Below are positions 50,772 to 62,878 of a stretch of 64,000 nucleotides of DNA, piece by piece. The notes below the pieces were generated by a model, which saw only the letters and a program-made list of their open reading frames with translations, made no database searches and was not told the DNA's origin. Position 1 is the stretch's first letter. Each line of letters starts with the position of its first letter. This DNA comes from Octopus sinensis. Lineage: Eukaryota. The translations under genes were made by a program, and so were the position numbers. The stretch is from assembly GCF_006345805.1 (NCBI RefSeq), contig NC_043016.1:13516001-13580000 (forward strand), given 5' to 3'.

Positions 50772-52181
50772 CTAAAAGACAGAAAAAAAAACATAAAATG
50801 TAAGCCATGTCTCTTCAATATGATAAATTAACGATTTTTTTAATTTCCTTTTTTTTATTGGCAGAAGTTATAAAATGACTTGGTGGCCAATAGTTTTCTG
50901 CATGACACTTATAAGTACCTTTCAGTCACTTAGTAACTTCAGCTGATTAAAAATGAAAAATATCACATTTTACTTATTTCAGTCATTGGACTGTGGCCAT
51001 GTTGGGGCATCACCTTGAATGGTTTAGTCAACCAAATCAACCCCAGCACTATTTTTTTTTTAACTGAGTAATAATTTTATCAATCACTTTTGCTAACTGC
51101 TAGGTTATGGGGGACATAAACAAACCAGGATTGGTTGTCAGGCAGTGATGAAAGGATGAACACAAACAGACACATATACACACACACACATGTGTATATA
51201 CATATACAAGCAACTTCCACACACTTTCCATTTACCAAATTCACTCAGAGTGCTTTGGTCAGCTTGGGGCTACAGTAGAAGACAATTGCTCAAGGTGACA
51301 TACATAGGGACTGAACCCAAGCACATGTGGTTGGAAAGCAAACTTCTTATCACACAGCCATGCCTGCACCTATATTCATGTTTTGAGTTCTTTCAATTCT
51401 GTTTGTACAACCAAACCTAAATAACAGATTAAAATTTGATGCTGGAAATTATTCACAAACCAATGCTTGACAGAACTACCAGCTTTAGCTTAATTTAACC
51501 CTTTAGCATTTAAACTGTCTAATGTTCAAACCACCCAGATCCAGCCTTTCACACCCACCCCACAATATCAGTCCAAAACTAAACAATCACATCATTGAAA
51601 TCTCAAAGCTACAAAATAATGCATGGTTAATTCGAAACAATGTGAACAGGGTAAAAAGGATAAAGAGCCCCTTCAGTCATGAATGACCATGGGACTGTAC
51701 CTAGAAAGTTATCCTCTGAGGTACAAGTCTGGGCAAGGTTGTTTATGGAAGACCAGCAGTCACCCATGCATACCAGCCTCCTCTCTCCAAACCACCAATG
51801 TTATCCAAGGGAAGCTTGACACCAGTAACGTGGCAACTCATTTCTACAGCTGAGTGAACTGGAGCAACATGAAATAAAGCGTCTTGCTCAAGAACACAAC
51901 ACACAGCCCAGTCTGGGAATCGAACTCACTACCTCATGATTGTGAGCCCGACACTCTAACCACTGACCCATACACCTTCACATATTTCACAGACTAATCT
52001 AAATGCTAAAGGACATAAAGCTAAAGGTACAGAACATAAATGAAATGGTTTATCACTCATAAGGAGTTGACCATCATCCTATGATGATTATTGATATGTA
52101 TCAAACAATTTAATCTTGTAAAAATTTACATTTTATATGCTAAAATGAGATTTATTTAAAAAAATAATAAAACAATACTAA

Positions 52182-52655
52182 CCCTTTCGTTACCATATTT
52201 CTATAGAGTGCTCTGTGTTTCTTTCAATTAGTTTTAAATATAACAAAGAATTTAGTAAAGTAACTTAGTTATCATTAAGCTAGTGCTAGGAACATAAATT
52301 GTGACTAAGGTTTGGTGGAAGATTTTAATTCAAAATTTTTGAAAACAAGACATTTGTACTACAGAGCCAGAGGGGATTTCAGCCAGGTTGGTATCAAAAG
52401 GGTTAAGAATTGTTTCTCTATTATATATTTTAACCCTTTTGTTACCATATTTCTGTTGAGATGCTCTGTGTTTCTTTCAATTAATTTTAAATATAACAAA
52501 GAATTTAGTAAAGTAACTTAGTTATCATTCAGCTAGTGTTGGGAACATAAATTGTGACAAAGGTTTGGTGGAAGATTTTAATTCAAAACTTATGAAAACA
52601 AAACATTTGTACTACAGAGTCAGAGCCAGTTTCAGCCAGGTTGGTAACGAAAGGG
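52182..52655. mobile_element. piggyBac-type MITE head-to-tail dimer (second)
   Basis: Same architecture and the same internal spacer as 43767-44246. Confidence 0.85.
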
Positions 52656-52706
52656 TTAAAAAACAAAACAGCATTCAACTAATAGCTTTACTAATTAATT
52701 ACAAAC

Positions 52707-52766
52707 CTGGTTTGACTAATCCTTTGCATTCTGTGCAGTGTGGAATTTCATCTTTGAAAATTATTT
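52707..52766 (-). CDS. SIRT2: SIRT2 exon (phase 1 to 1): (E)IIFKDEIPHCTECKGLVKP
   Basis: Second CxxC and LVKP; acceptor tatttctag|, donor |gtttgt; phases fit both neighbouring exons. Confidence 0.93.
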
Positions 52767-53267
52767 CTAGAAATATAATTATTATTCATTTATTAAACTA
52801 CAAAAATTATTTATTGATTTATTGATCAAAATATCAATCAAAATTAGCAAAAAAGGGAAAAAATTCAAATATCAGTCAAAATTAACAAAAGAAGGGGGGG
52901 GGGGGAATTATAAAAAAAAAGAAAATTCAAAAACGTTAACAGAAATCTTTTATTAATCAGATTTCCCAAAACTTTCTGTATTTTTTACTTTATTAAACTT
53001 ATGGAGATAATATATTTTATACTGACTATTGCAAGGATTATTTCTTTACTTTCTCAAAAATATTAGACTATTTTCAACAAGTAAGTATTTTGAAAAATAA
53101 AACCATATAACTGAAAAATTCTTAAAGTGAATAATGAGAAAATATGAAAAAGTTCATATTTATACAGTTAAGATTTAAAATTTTATAAATATACCAATTT
53201 CTACTGTCAAATAAGAAGCAGGAAATAATTCTTAAAATATCTTGAAATACAAAGCATATCCATTCAA

Positions 53268-53336
53268 AGCCATACCTTTAATCCATTCTAAGCCATACCT
53301 TTAATCCATTCTAAGCCATACCTTTAATCCATTCTA
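53268..53336 (-). repeat. 3 x 23-bp tandem repeat spanning the SIRT2 exon/intron junction
   Basis: agccatacctttaatccattcta starts at 53268, 53291 and 53314; on minus each unit reads TAGAATGGATTAAAG|GTATGGCT. Confidence 0.95.
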
Positions 53337-53445
53337 GGTCATATTCAGCCTTGCAATTTATGCAATGACTTGTCTGGAAAGTTCCGTGTCCTTCAACAAT
53401 TTTTTCAGAATCAATCCCAGCCATTCTCTCTAATCCATCAATATT
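53322..53445 (-). CDS. SIRT2: SIRT2 catalytic exon (phase 0 to 1): NIDGLERMAGIDSEKIVEGHGTFQTSHCINCKAEYDLEWIK
   Basis: Contains NID, the catalytic His (HG motif) and the first CxxC; TSHC...EY-L-W-K is SIRT2-like rather than SIRT3-like; acceptor aattttag|, donor |gtatgg. Confidence 0.95.
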
Positions 53446-53563
53446 CTAAAATTAAATGGAAGCCTTTCATAAATATCAACATTAAAAGTATTATAACAAC
53501 TACCTGCAATAAACATTTTTATAACATGTTTTATTAACATCCTAAACAACAAAATACAGTGTA

Positions 53564-53596
<33 letters not shown>

Positions 53597-53685
53597 ATGC
53601 ACGCATGCGTGTGCATGTCTGTGTATGCGCACGCACGCACTTGTGTGTGTGCGCATGCACTGGTGTGTGTGTGTGTGTGTGTGTG

Positions 53686-54948
53686 TAGCAAACAACTACC
53701 ATCTAAGCTAAGATTCAAAATTGAATCCACATTCTGCCACAAGCCATCAGCCTATTGTTTTTGCCTGTTGCACTAGGAAATTAATGAGAATAAGCTGACC
53801 TCTAGATCTTTCATGAGTCATACATGGGTCAGAACTGATACAGCAGAGAAATCCTTTGCTTTTGGCTTGACCTAATTTGATCAGGAAGAATATGAATCAG
53901 CTGCAGCAAGTAAGTTGTTCTTTTTCTTGGATCACCTGAAGAGCAACTCTCTCAATATACTGGCAACATGCAAGACAGCAGATCTATCACCCTCTCTACA
54001 TAGCTAGAATTTATTATTCTGTCTCTCTTTAGTAGTAGCTCACAGATGAAGCTTACAATACACAATGGACCATGGAACTAGAGACAATTTCTTTACTGCA
54101 ACCACAAACAATCTGTTTACACAGCTCTATTTTCTATATTATAACAACTAACATAATAATCATATAAATAAAAGACCATCTCAACAAGCTAATAATAATG
54201 TTCTTCAATCATTTATCTGATGGAATTTACCTGTTACACACAGGCACACACACACATACACACACGCGTGTGTGAATATATATATACATATACATATATA
54301 TGTGTGTGTGTGTGGTGTGTGTGTGTGTGTTGTGTGTGTGTAGCAAACAACTACCATCTAAGCTAAGATTCAAAATTGAATCCACATTCTGCCACAAGCC
54401 ATCAGCCTATTGTTTTTGCCTGTTGCACTAGGAAATTAATGAGAATAAGCTGACCTCTAGATCTTTCATGAGTCATACATGGGTCAGAACTGATACAGCA
54501 GAGAAATCCTTTGCTTTTGGCTTGACCTAATTTGATCAGGAAGAATATGAATCAGCTGCAGCAAGTAAGTTGTTCTTTTTCTTTGGATCACCTGAAGAGC
54601 AACTCTCTCAATATACTGGCAACATGCAAGACAGCAGATCTATCACCCTCTCTACATAGCTAGAATTTATTATTCTGTCTCTCTTTAGTAGTAGCTCACA
54701 GATGAAGCTTACAATACACAATGGACCATGGAACTAGAGACAATTTCTTTACTGCAACCACAAACAATCTGTTTACACAGCTCTATTTTCTATATTATAA
54801 CAACTAACATAATAATCATATAATAAAAGACCATCTCAACAAGCTAATAATAATGTTCTTCAATCATTTATCTGATGGAATTTACCTGTTACACACAGGC
54901 ACACACACACATACACACACGCGTGTGTGAATATATATATACATATAC

Positions 54949-54960
<12 letters not shown>
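53686..54960. repeat. Tandem duplication, 2 x ~655 bp, bounded by (TG)n, in a SIRT2 intron
   Basis: 53686-54300 and 54341-54960 are near-identical. Confidence 0.95.
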
Positions 54961-54999
<39 letters not shown>

Positions 55000-55487
55000 C
55001 ACACACACATAAATATACTTCGATTAGAGGTTATGTTAGCCTCTCTGCTATAATGAATCCATAAACATATGTAAAACATCCAAGGGTATTTTTTCCCCTC
55101 TGTAGATATTAAGCTCAGGGCATATGAATTTGATATTTAATTAATTCACTACTCCCAAACATTGATTATTAAGTATTAATATATATTTTACATTTATTAA
55201 GACAGTGAGCTGACAGAATCATTAACACACGAGGCAAAATGCTTTGTGACATTTCATCCATCTTTACGAGTTCAAATCCTGCCAAGGGTGACTTTGCCTT
55301 TTATTCTTTTGGGGTCAATATAATAAGTATTAGTTGAACATTGGAGTCAATGTAATCGACTCAACCCCCTCCCTAAAAATTGCTGGCCTTGTGCCAAAAT
55401 TTGAAACCAATACATATTTTATATTTATAACTATGATATCAAAAGAAAATTATTGACTATTTTGTTCCCAACAAAATCAGTATTTAC

Positions 55488-55556
55488 CTGAGTAAAATGA
55501 CGAAGAAGCAAGCCTTTTTCATCAAGTAGTTTCAGAAAATAGTGTGAAGGGGTTGG
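55488..55556 (-). CDS. SIRT2: SIRT2 exon (phase 0 to 0): PTPSHYFLKLLDEKGLLLRHFTQ
   Basis: Acceptor ttttcccttcag|, donor |gtaaat; matches the conserved PT--HYF--LL--KGLLLR--TQ motif. Confidence 0.95.
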
Positions 55557-56038
55557 CTGAAGGGAAAAAAAATTTAAGAAAAAGAAAAAAGATCAATATG
55601 CTATGAGAGAATTATTGATTGAATTTGTACATATTAAATATTATATAATTATTAGTTTATTATGTTGTGCATTATTCATTTTATTGTCTTTCAATCCCTT
55701 TCTATCCAGTCTTTTCTTCTCTTCTCTCTCATCTATGTCCTATAAAACTTGTATCTAATTGTTTTCAATCTTTGAATTCAAACTACCATAATACAACTAA
55801 TGCTAACAGTTATATTCAAATAAACTAGTGCACTAAAACAAACATGAAAATGTATTTTAAATATCTAAATTAAAACTCTAGCAGAGAATGAATTTATGTA
55901 CTGGGAAAAAAGACAGACCTTTATCTACAGAGAAAAATTAAAAGTAACTAATGATGCAAATTTCCTATTCCCTTTATGCCAAATGAAGCACAAGTTTTTA
56001 CCAAAGCAGAAAAGCAAATAATAATAATAATAATAATA

Positions 56039-56073
<35 letters not shown>

Positions 56074-56104
56074 GCAATAATAATAATATAACCCAAATAT
56101 TCTA

Positions 56105-56534
56105 CTCATTACTACAGATTTGCTTGTCAGTTGTTTGACCTTAACCAGTTGAGCATGTCCCTTAGTGGCTGACGATATGTGCATCTCTGATCACAAGCAG
56201 AAGTAGTGGGGAAGCATCATAGCCATGTGTTGAAAGGAATTCTTTGCAGTTTGGTTAATTCATCTCTGGAATCATGGGTGTTTCATTCAACAACCATCAT
56301 TCAGGGACCTTTTGAGCAGGATGGGCTACTCGACCTGCAGAAAATTCTAACTGGACCCCACCTGCAAGGTCATGCACTGTTTATCTTGATACGAGATCAC
56401 CATGTTGTGCACATATGGTTGTGATGCATGTGCCTGGTGTACCCTTATCAGATTGGTAGTCATGATGGGTATACTGGGCTTGGTATATTTTACCCCAGTG
56501 TCACTTTGCTGACATGCACTGCCCTCTCACTCAA

Positions 56535-56535
<1 letters not shown>
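56105..56535 (+). mobile_element. Unclassified interspersed repeat with (ATT)n/(GTT)n flanks
   Basis: GC-richer block between (AAT)n and (ATT)n tracts; single copy here, so the call rests on context. Confidence 0.35.
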
Positions 56536-56577
<42 letters not shown>

Positions 56578-57064
56578 GCTGTTGTTGTTGTTGTTGTTGT
56601 TATTGTCATTGTTATTTTCTGAGACCGAGTGGTGTGTTGTGTTCTTGAGCAAAACACATCATTTCACATTGCTATGCAGTCATTTCAACACCTGACATGT
56701 GACACACTTGTCCAGGTAATGTTGATTTGATGGAGGAGAGAGTGAACTAATGTACAGCACATACATTTGATCACTATAAACAAATTATTGGTGCAGTTTG
56801 TTCAGCAAACATTGAAGACTCATCGACAGAAGAGTCCATCATTATTAACATTTTTATTATTAAGCTGGCAGAATCATTAGCACATCAGACAAAATGCTTA
56901 GTGACATCTCGTTTGTCTTTATGTTCTGGATTCAAATTCTGGTGAGGTTGACTTTGCCTTTCTTCCTTTTGGGGTCAATAAAATAAGTACCTGTTGAGTA
57001 CTGGGGGTTTAATTTAATTGACTTATCCACCTCCCCTAAAATTTCAGACCTTGTGCCTATAGTA

Positions 57065-57349
57065 CACTGGTTCCCAAACTTGTTTGGGCTACCACCCACT
57101 TGACACCCAGGCCACATTCCTAGCACCACACCAACCAACTAGCCATTACAAACACAGACCTCTTTCTGAAGCAAATTCAAAGCAAACGTATTTCACAAAT
57201 AAAACTTAACCTAATAAACCCATTATTTTGTTGTTTTTACATGAATTGCTACCCCCATTATCACCCAACTTTTCTTCAATGCCCTCTTGGAACATTCCAC
57301 TGCCCCCCTGAGGGGAAGGGGTTAATACCGTCCACTTTGGGAACCACTG
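57065..57349. mobile_element. hAT-Charlie MITE nested in a SINE B
   Basis: TIR cactggttcccaaa / tttgggaaccactg; exact 8-bp TSD ctatagta. Confidence 0.85.
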
Positions 57350-57561
57350 CTATAGTAGAAAAAGATTTTTTTTTTCTTTTGACAATGCTATGAAATAGCT
57401 GAATAAAAAATAACCAGATGCATTAAGCAACAAAAAACTAATGACAACACAGATAAATTCATAGCCAAAGTGAGTAATGTAGCAAAACATTGTCTATTTA
57501 GGACTTCAACTGCCATCAAACATAGAAACCGTTCATTAGTAATGTCTTTATTGCAAGCATA

Positions 57562-58074
57562 TCTATATATATAAAACTGTAGTTGTGTGAGTGTCTGTCC
57601 CCTTCGATTTAGATTCCTAACTCCTCCCACATTTTGCGGTGCAGTTTAACCAAATTCTGGTATCTTATAGTCGTGATTCATATCGAGCCCGTCTGACTAT
57701 TAGCACGCGTCAACGATGAGTCTACGATTTTAAAAATAATTTAACATCATTTTTTATTCCATTTTAATGCATAAATTTTCGTGTGTCGATGGCGGCGGAG
57801 TTGGCGTCCACGGTCACACCTGCACCTGTTTGCTTCTCCCCCTTCTTCCCTCCCTCGTGAAGCTGTGGGGAAGGGAGTGTAAGGAAATCAACGTCGTAAA
57901 GCGTTGTCAAGGAGACCAGCGTTCTTTTAGAACAACGACTTCATGGCTTGAAGACACCAAAACAGAAATGGCTAAGAAAGCCCGAATTGGCATCTATAAG
58001 GGAAGTAACTCTCTAAAAATGCTTATATAGTTATTTCCCTTACAAACCCGAGCAACGCCGGGCGATACTGCTAG
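57562..58074 (+). mobile_element. Non-autonomous Helitron, 513 bp (second copy)
   Basis: A|TCTATATATATAAAA ... CCCGAGCAACGCCGGG-N8-CTAG|T; near-identical to 34358-34870. Confidence 0.9.
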
Positions 58075-58703
58075 TTATATATACAATGCTATCTGTCAGA
58101 GATTAATAATATTTTAGAGCTGTGGTTAGATGAAACTGATTTTAATGATTTTAGCGCTTAGATCGGCCTTATCCTGTCCGTTTCTGCCTGTTTTGTGTTT
58201 AATTCAATCACATTTGCCCTCTCACACCTACCCTACAATATTATTCTAAAACTAAGCAATCACATCATGGAAATTTTCAAAGCAACAACATTATGCATAA
58301 TCAATTGAAAACAAAGTGAATAAATAAGCCATACATTTGACAGAGTAATCTGAATGCTAAAGGGTCAAATGAATGTTCCAAACAAATTGATAACCAAAGA
58401 GATTATAGTTCACATTCCACTGAGTCTTGCATCTAAGAAAACTCAGTTTATGTTTTGTAGTGGTTAACATCATGACCAATCACAGAGTCCGGCAGAATCA
58501 GCATCAGGCAGAAGATGTAAAAAAAAAAAAAAAAGGGACACTAGATGATTTGCCTATCAAAAAAAATAAGAAATCAGCAACAATTAAGAAAAAATAATCA
58601 ACTGAGGGGATTTTGCCAAAATCAAATTCTAGTCTCAAAAATTAGTGACAATAGCAGGAACCTTAATGCAACAATAAATGAAATAGCATTCTATATATCT
58701 TAC

Positions 58704-58919
58704 TTCACGTGGATACATTAAACTGTGGTATTTGTTTCAAGACAGCATCTCATATAGATGTATAGTGTTAAAAAGAACAGAAGTATATCAGCGGTAGGTG
58801 GAAAGTGTCCAGCTGTAGCAACAGAATGGAAATGCTGAATCTAGATTTCTGCTTCTTTAAGCATCATCAACAGCATTTATCCACTTGACAGCAACACGCT
58901 TAGACAACTTTAGTCTTTA
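58704..58919 (-). repeat. Intronic copy of the local module, bounded by splice-like sites
   Basis: ttttctctatcag| ... |gtaagata; homologous to the 39.5-40.4 kb copies. Confidence 0.65.
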
Positions 58920-59387
58920 CTGATAGAGAAAAACAGTGATTAACAAATCATTAGAGGAGGAGGAAGGGCGGAGGAGAATGAGAGGTAGAGAGGTGGAGGG
59001 GAGAGAAGGGTGGAGACGAGGAGAGGGGGGAAGAGGGAAGTAGGAGAGAGGGAAGGTAGGGAAGATGGAAGTAGGGGAGGGGGGGAGAAGGCTAGTAATG
59101 ATAAGAATAAGTTGGATACACATCAAGTGAGCTTAGGATGTTTAATGTATTTTGTTTGTTTTCATTTACTTTATCAGGTGGAATCAGAATGAAAAAGATT
59201 AAAATGAACTTCATGATTTTTTTCTTAATCAACTATCTGAAGAATTAGAAGAATTAGGGTTGTTACTTTTTTGGCATTGGTGAATGATAATACAAGAACA
59301 TTTCAAAAACCAAATTAACAATATGTAGAATGATTTAATATAAATATCATACACAAGTAGACACAACTTCATCAGTTATGAACTTAC

Positions 59388-59444
59388 CTTCAAATCAGAA
59401 GGCCACATATTTTTAACAAGCTTGAAGAACGGTTCAGGACATTC
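59388..59444 (-). CDS. SIRT2: SIRT2 exon (phase 0 to 0): ECPEPFFKLVKNMWPSDLK
   Basis: Acceptor ttttatttag|, donor |gtaagt; aligns with the SIRT2/3 PEPFF-LAKELYPG segment. Confidence 0.93.
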
Positions 59445-60540
59445 CTAAATAAAAAAAATTAAAAAATAGATAAATGTACATTAATTGAGATTTATAGAAT
59501 CAATATTTGAGAATGCATACAATTACCAATATTTAGTTGAAATACATCTTTTCTTCTAACATTTCCTTGACATCTACACTCTAGATAATACATTAGGTTC
59601 ACTTATAGAGATCTCAATGTCACTTTCAATTTATCATAATGGAAAACTATTTTGTCAGTAGGCTGAACACGTGCACAAGAATGAACATGTCCTTATAATT
59701 TAGTGCTTATAGCTGGGTAACCTTGTTTTTGTTGTGGTGTAAGTATCATGGATTAAGAATATGATCAGGCTTTAATTTTAAATTCTTTATTGGGACTAAA
59801 ATATAATGTATATCACTAACTTTGACCCTAAAATCTCTTAGTATAGTTTTAGAAGTTTATACTTATCTTTAAATCAATAACATAATGTATAAAATATAGG
59901 CTTTGGTGCACTATTCTGGAAAATGGGAGAAAAAATAGGACAGACTGGAAATGATGTGAATATTTGTGATCATGGATCTATCTAATCAGGGTCAATTTGA
60001 GGTTAAACAACCTGGGCAAAATCCATACAATTGTAAACCCTTACAGAAACCAAAGTGAAGCTAGATCACAAAATCCATCATTCACCAACACTACATGCCT
60101 ATGTACCCTTTCTACCTTCTAGTATATTTACTGTTCAGTTTTATCTTTTTTTTCTTTTTCTGATATATTCTATGTATTGGTAACTATCATTGCTGTTTTT
60201 CTTTCTTTAGTTGAATTAGTGCTGCTTTCTCTTCTTTTACTCTTTTCTGATGAGTTGTAGTGCAATTAAGCACTAAATACAATTAGCTCATAATTATTAT
60301 TATTATTATTATATATTGTGCCTCTATAATTTTACTCACAAAATATATATGACTATATAAGTCACTAAAACAAACTATTGCAACAGTTTTTGATAAGTAT
60401 CTGAAGAAATTATAAAGAATAACTTAAAAGTGAAAACTGTAATAATTTGAAATGTATTAAATAAAAAATGTCATTATCTGAACATTAAATAGTAGACTAA
60501 TGTCCATAAATATGAAAATTTGAAAAATGTACCAATTTAC

Positions 60541-60647
60541 CCTAAAAAAATTGATTTCGAAAATTGCTTGTGGATGGGGAAGATTGTATTTTTCTAAATT
60601 ATCATATAAACCTGACACTGGACTTCGAAAGTCTGGTATTCCAGCAG
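60541..60647 (-). CDS. SIRT2: SIRT2-type sirtuin, most 5' coding exon found in the window (phase 1 to 0): (x)[35 protein letters not shown]
   Basis: Poly-T acceptor ...tttttag| and donor |gtaaat; the translation matches the class I sirtuin [14 protein letters not shown] motif. Confidence 0.95.
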
Positions 60648-61125
60648 CTAAAAAAAAAAAAAAATAATAAATAAAAAAAAATTTAGTTTTGCAGAATAAG
60701 AAATATTTTCATGAACATTGAGATAATTAAAATATATCATTTAGTATTTATTATCTTTCAGCAATTTTTGGTAGATAATTATTCAATGATTTAATTCTCC
60801 AATTTCACCATGTAAGAAGTTGAGAAACAAACAATATCAACTATTTGGATAAGCTTTATTGTTTTTAAAAAAAAAGAGAGAGAAACTAAGTTAGCTACAA
60901 AGGTGACATAATAAATCTTGAAAATGATATAAATAATTTAGACTCTGTGATATGAATGGGTTGTGTGGTGAGAAGGTTGCTTCTCGACTACATGGTCTCA
61001 GGTTCAATCCCACTGCATGGCACCTTGGGCAAGTGCCTTCTTCTATGGCCTCAGGCCAACTAAAGCCTTGTGAGTGGATTTGGTACATGGAAACTGAAAG
61101 AAGCCGAACGTGTGTGTGTGTGTAT

Positions 61126-61168
<43 letters not shown>

Positions 61169-61507
61169 CAAGGCACATGGCTTATTGGTTGCATTCATGA
61201 TTGTGAGATAATGAGTTCAATTCCCAGTTCTATTGTGAGATCATGAGTTCGATTGTGTTATGTTCTTGAACAAAGCACTTCATTTCACATTGCTCAGCGA
61301 TCATTTCATCACCTGACATGTGGCACCCTTTGCACCTGTACAGGTAATGTTGATTTGATGGTAAGAGTGAGCTTATGTCTACACAAACATTTGATCAGTA
61401 TAAACAAATAATTTGTGTGGTTGTTCAGCAAGAAATTGCCAAACCCTTATATGTTGTTTAACGACGGGAGAGTTCATCATATATACATGTGTGTGTGTGT
61501 GAGTGTG

Positions 61508-62731
61508 TATGAAGGGGTGCTGAGAAGTTCCTGGCTTTAAGGGTATCATGAAAGGGTACAGATGTTACCTTTGCAGGGGAGGTAGGACAACTATTTAGAA
61601 GATATGCAAAAACTCATAATAGAATACAATATATTTTTCTCTTTCTTTCAGATTTAACACATGATGGCAGTTCCTACAGTGGATTTTGGTAAAATTGAAG
61701 CACAGGTGGTCATGAAGTTCCTCTTTTTACAAGGCAAAGGAGCAACAAAAATCCATGGCAAGATGAAGGAAGTCTGAAAGACGGCTGCCCATCTTACTCC
61801 ACAGTGAAAATCTGGATGTCAATTTCAAACTGGTCGTTTTGAGGTTACAGATGAACCCCAGTCAGGACAGCCAACTTCCGTGACCACAGATGACAAAGCC
61901 AATTCCATGCACATCATGATGCTCAAGAACCACCAGATTTCAGCTAAAGTCACAGCTGAGGCTCTGAGGATTTCCTGTCAAAGAATTGACCACATCGCAC
62001 ACACATTCTGCACATGAGAAAGATTTCTGCAAAATTGGTGTCAAAATGCCTGAACACTGCATCAGAGTGATGACATCAAAGGCAATTTTTAACTGGCTTG
62101 CTGTGGGTGAGGCTGACTTTGTGGTTCGGTTAGTCACCATGAAACTTGGCTTCATCATTATGATCCCCAAACCAAACACCAATCACTGGAGTGGCACCAC
62201 AGCAGTTCAACATGTTCCAAGAAGTTTCAGACCCAGCAGTCATCTGGAAAGATTCTGGCTTTAGCGTTCTGGGACAAAGATGGAATACTCTTCATAAAAC
62301 ACCTGCCAATGCAGAATACTACAAATCTCTGTTGGATGAAGTGTGTGAAGCTTTGAAGCAGAAAGCTGGGCCATGGTGTCCTGTTTTCGCAGGACAATGC
62401 ACCAGCACACAAATTACATGAAACTCTACGGAAAATACTTTGGTTTTAAAATTGGTAGACCACCCATTTTACTCTTCTGACCTGGCCCTCCCTGACTATC
62501 ACTTCTTTCCACAACTGAAGAAACATCTCAAGAGAATGAAATTTCACTCCAATTCAGAAGTGATCGCTGATACAGAAGCCGAGCTGGAGACCCAAACCTC
62601 CAAGTTCTTTTTAAAGGGTTTAGAAAAACTGAAGAATCATTGCAATAAGCCTGTGAAACTGAGAGGAGAATATGTTGAATAAAATCATAATTAACTCCTC
62701 TATTTTCTTTTACCCAAAGCCAGAAACTTTT

Positions 62732-62734
<3 letters not shown>
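61508..62734 (+). mobile_element. Full-length but decayed mariner element
   Basis: TIR-like ends ...aagttcctggcttt / aaagccagaaactt; remnant QDNAPAH...HPFYSSDLALPDYHFFPQLKKHLK...GEYVE*. Confidence 0.85.
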
Positions 62735-62767
<33 letters not shown>

Positions 62768-62846
62768 ATGTGTGTGTGCGCATATATATATATGTGTGTG
62801 TATGTATATGCATACATATATATATGCATGTATATACATATATATA

Positions 62847-62878
<32 letters not shown>

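Noticed and set aside
53885-53910. Plus-strand 25-nt micro-exon (tttgatcag|GAAGAATATGAATCAGCTGCAGCAA|gtaagt)
   Set aside because: Antisense to SIRT2, no partner exons found, and the longer version contains stops in all three frames.
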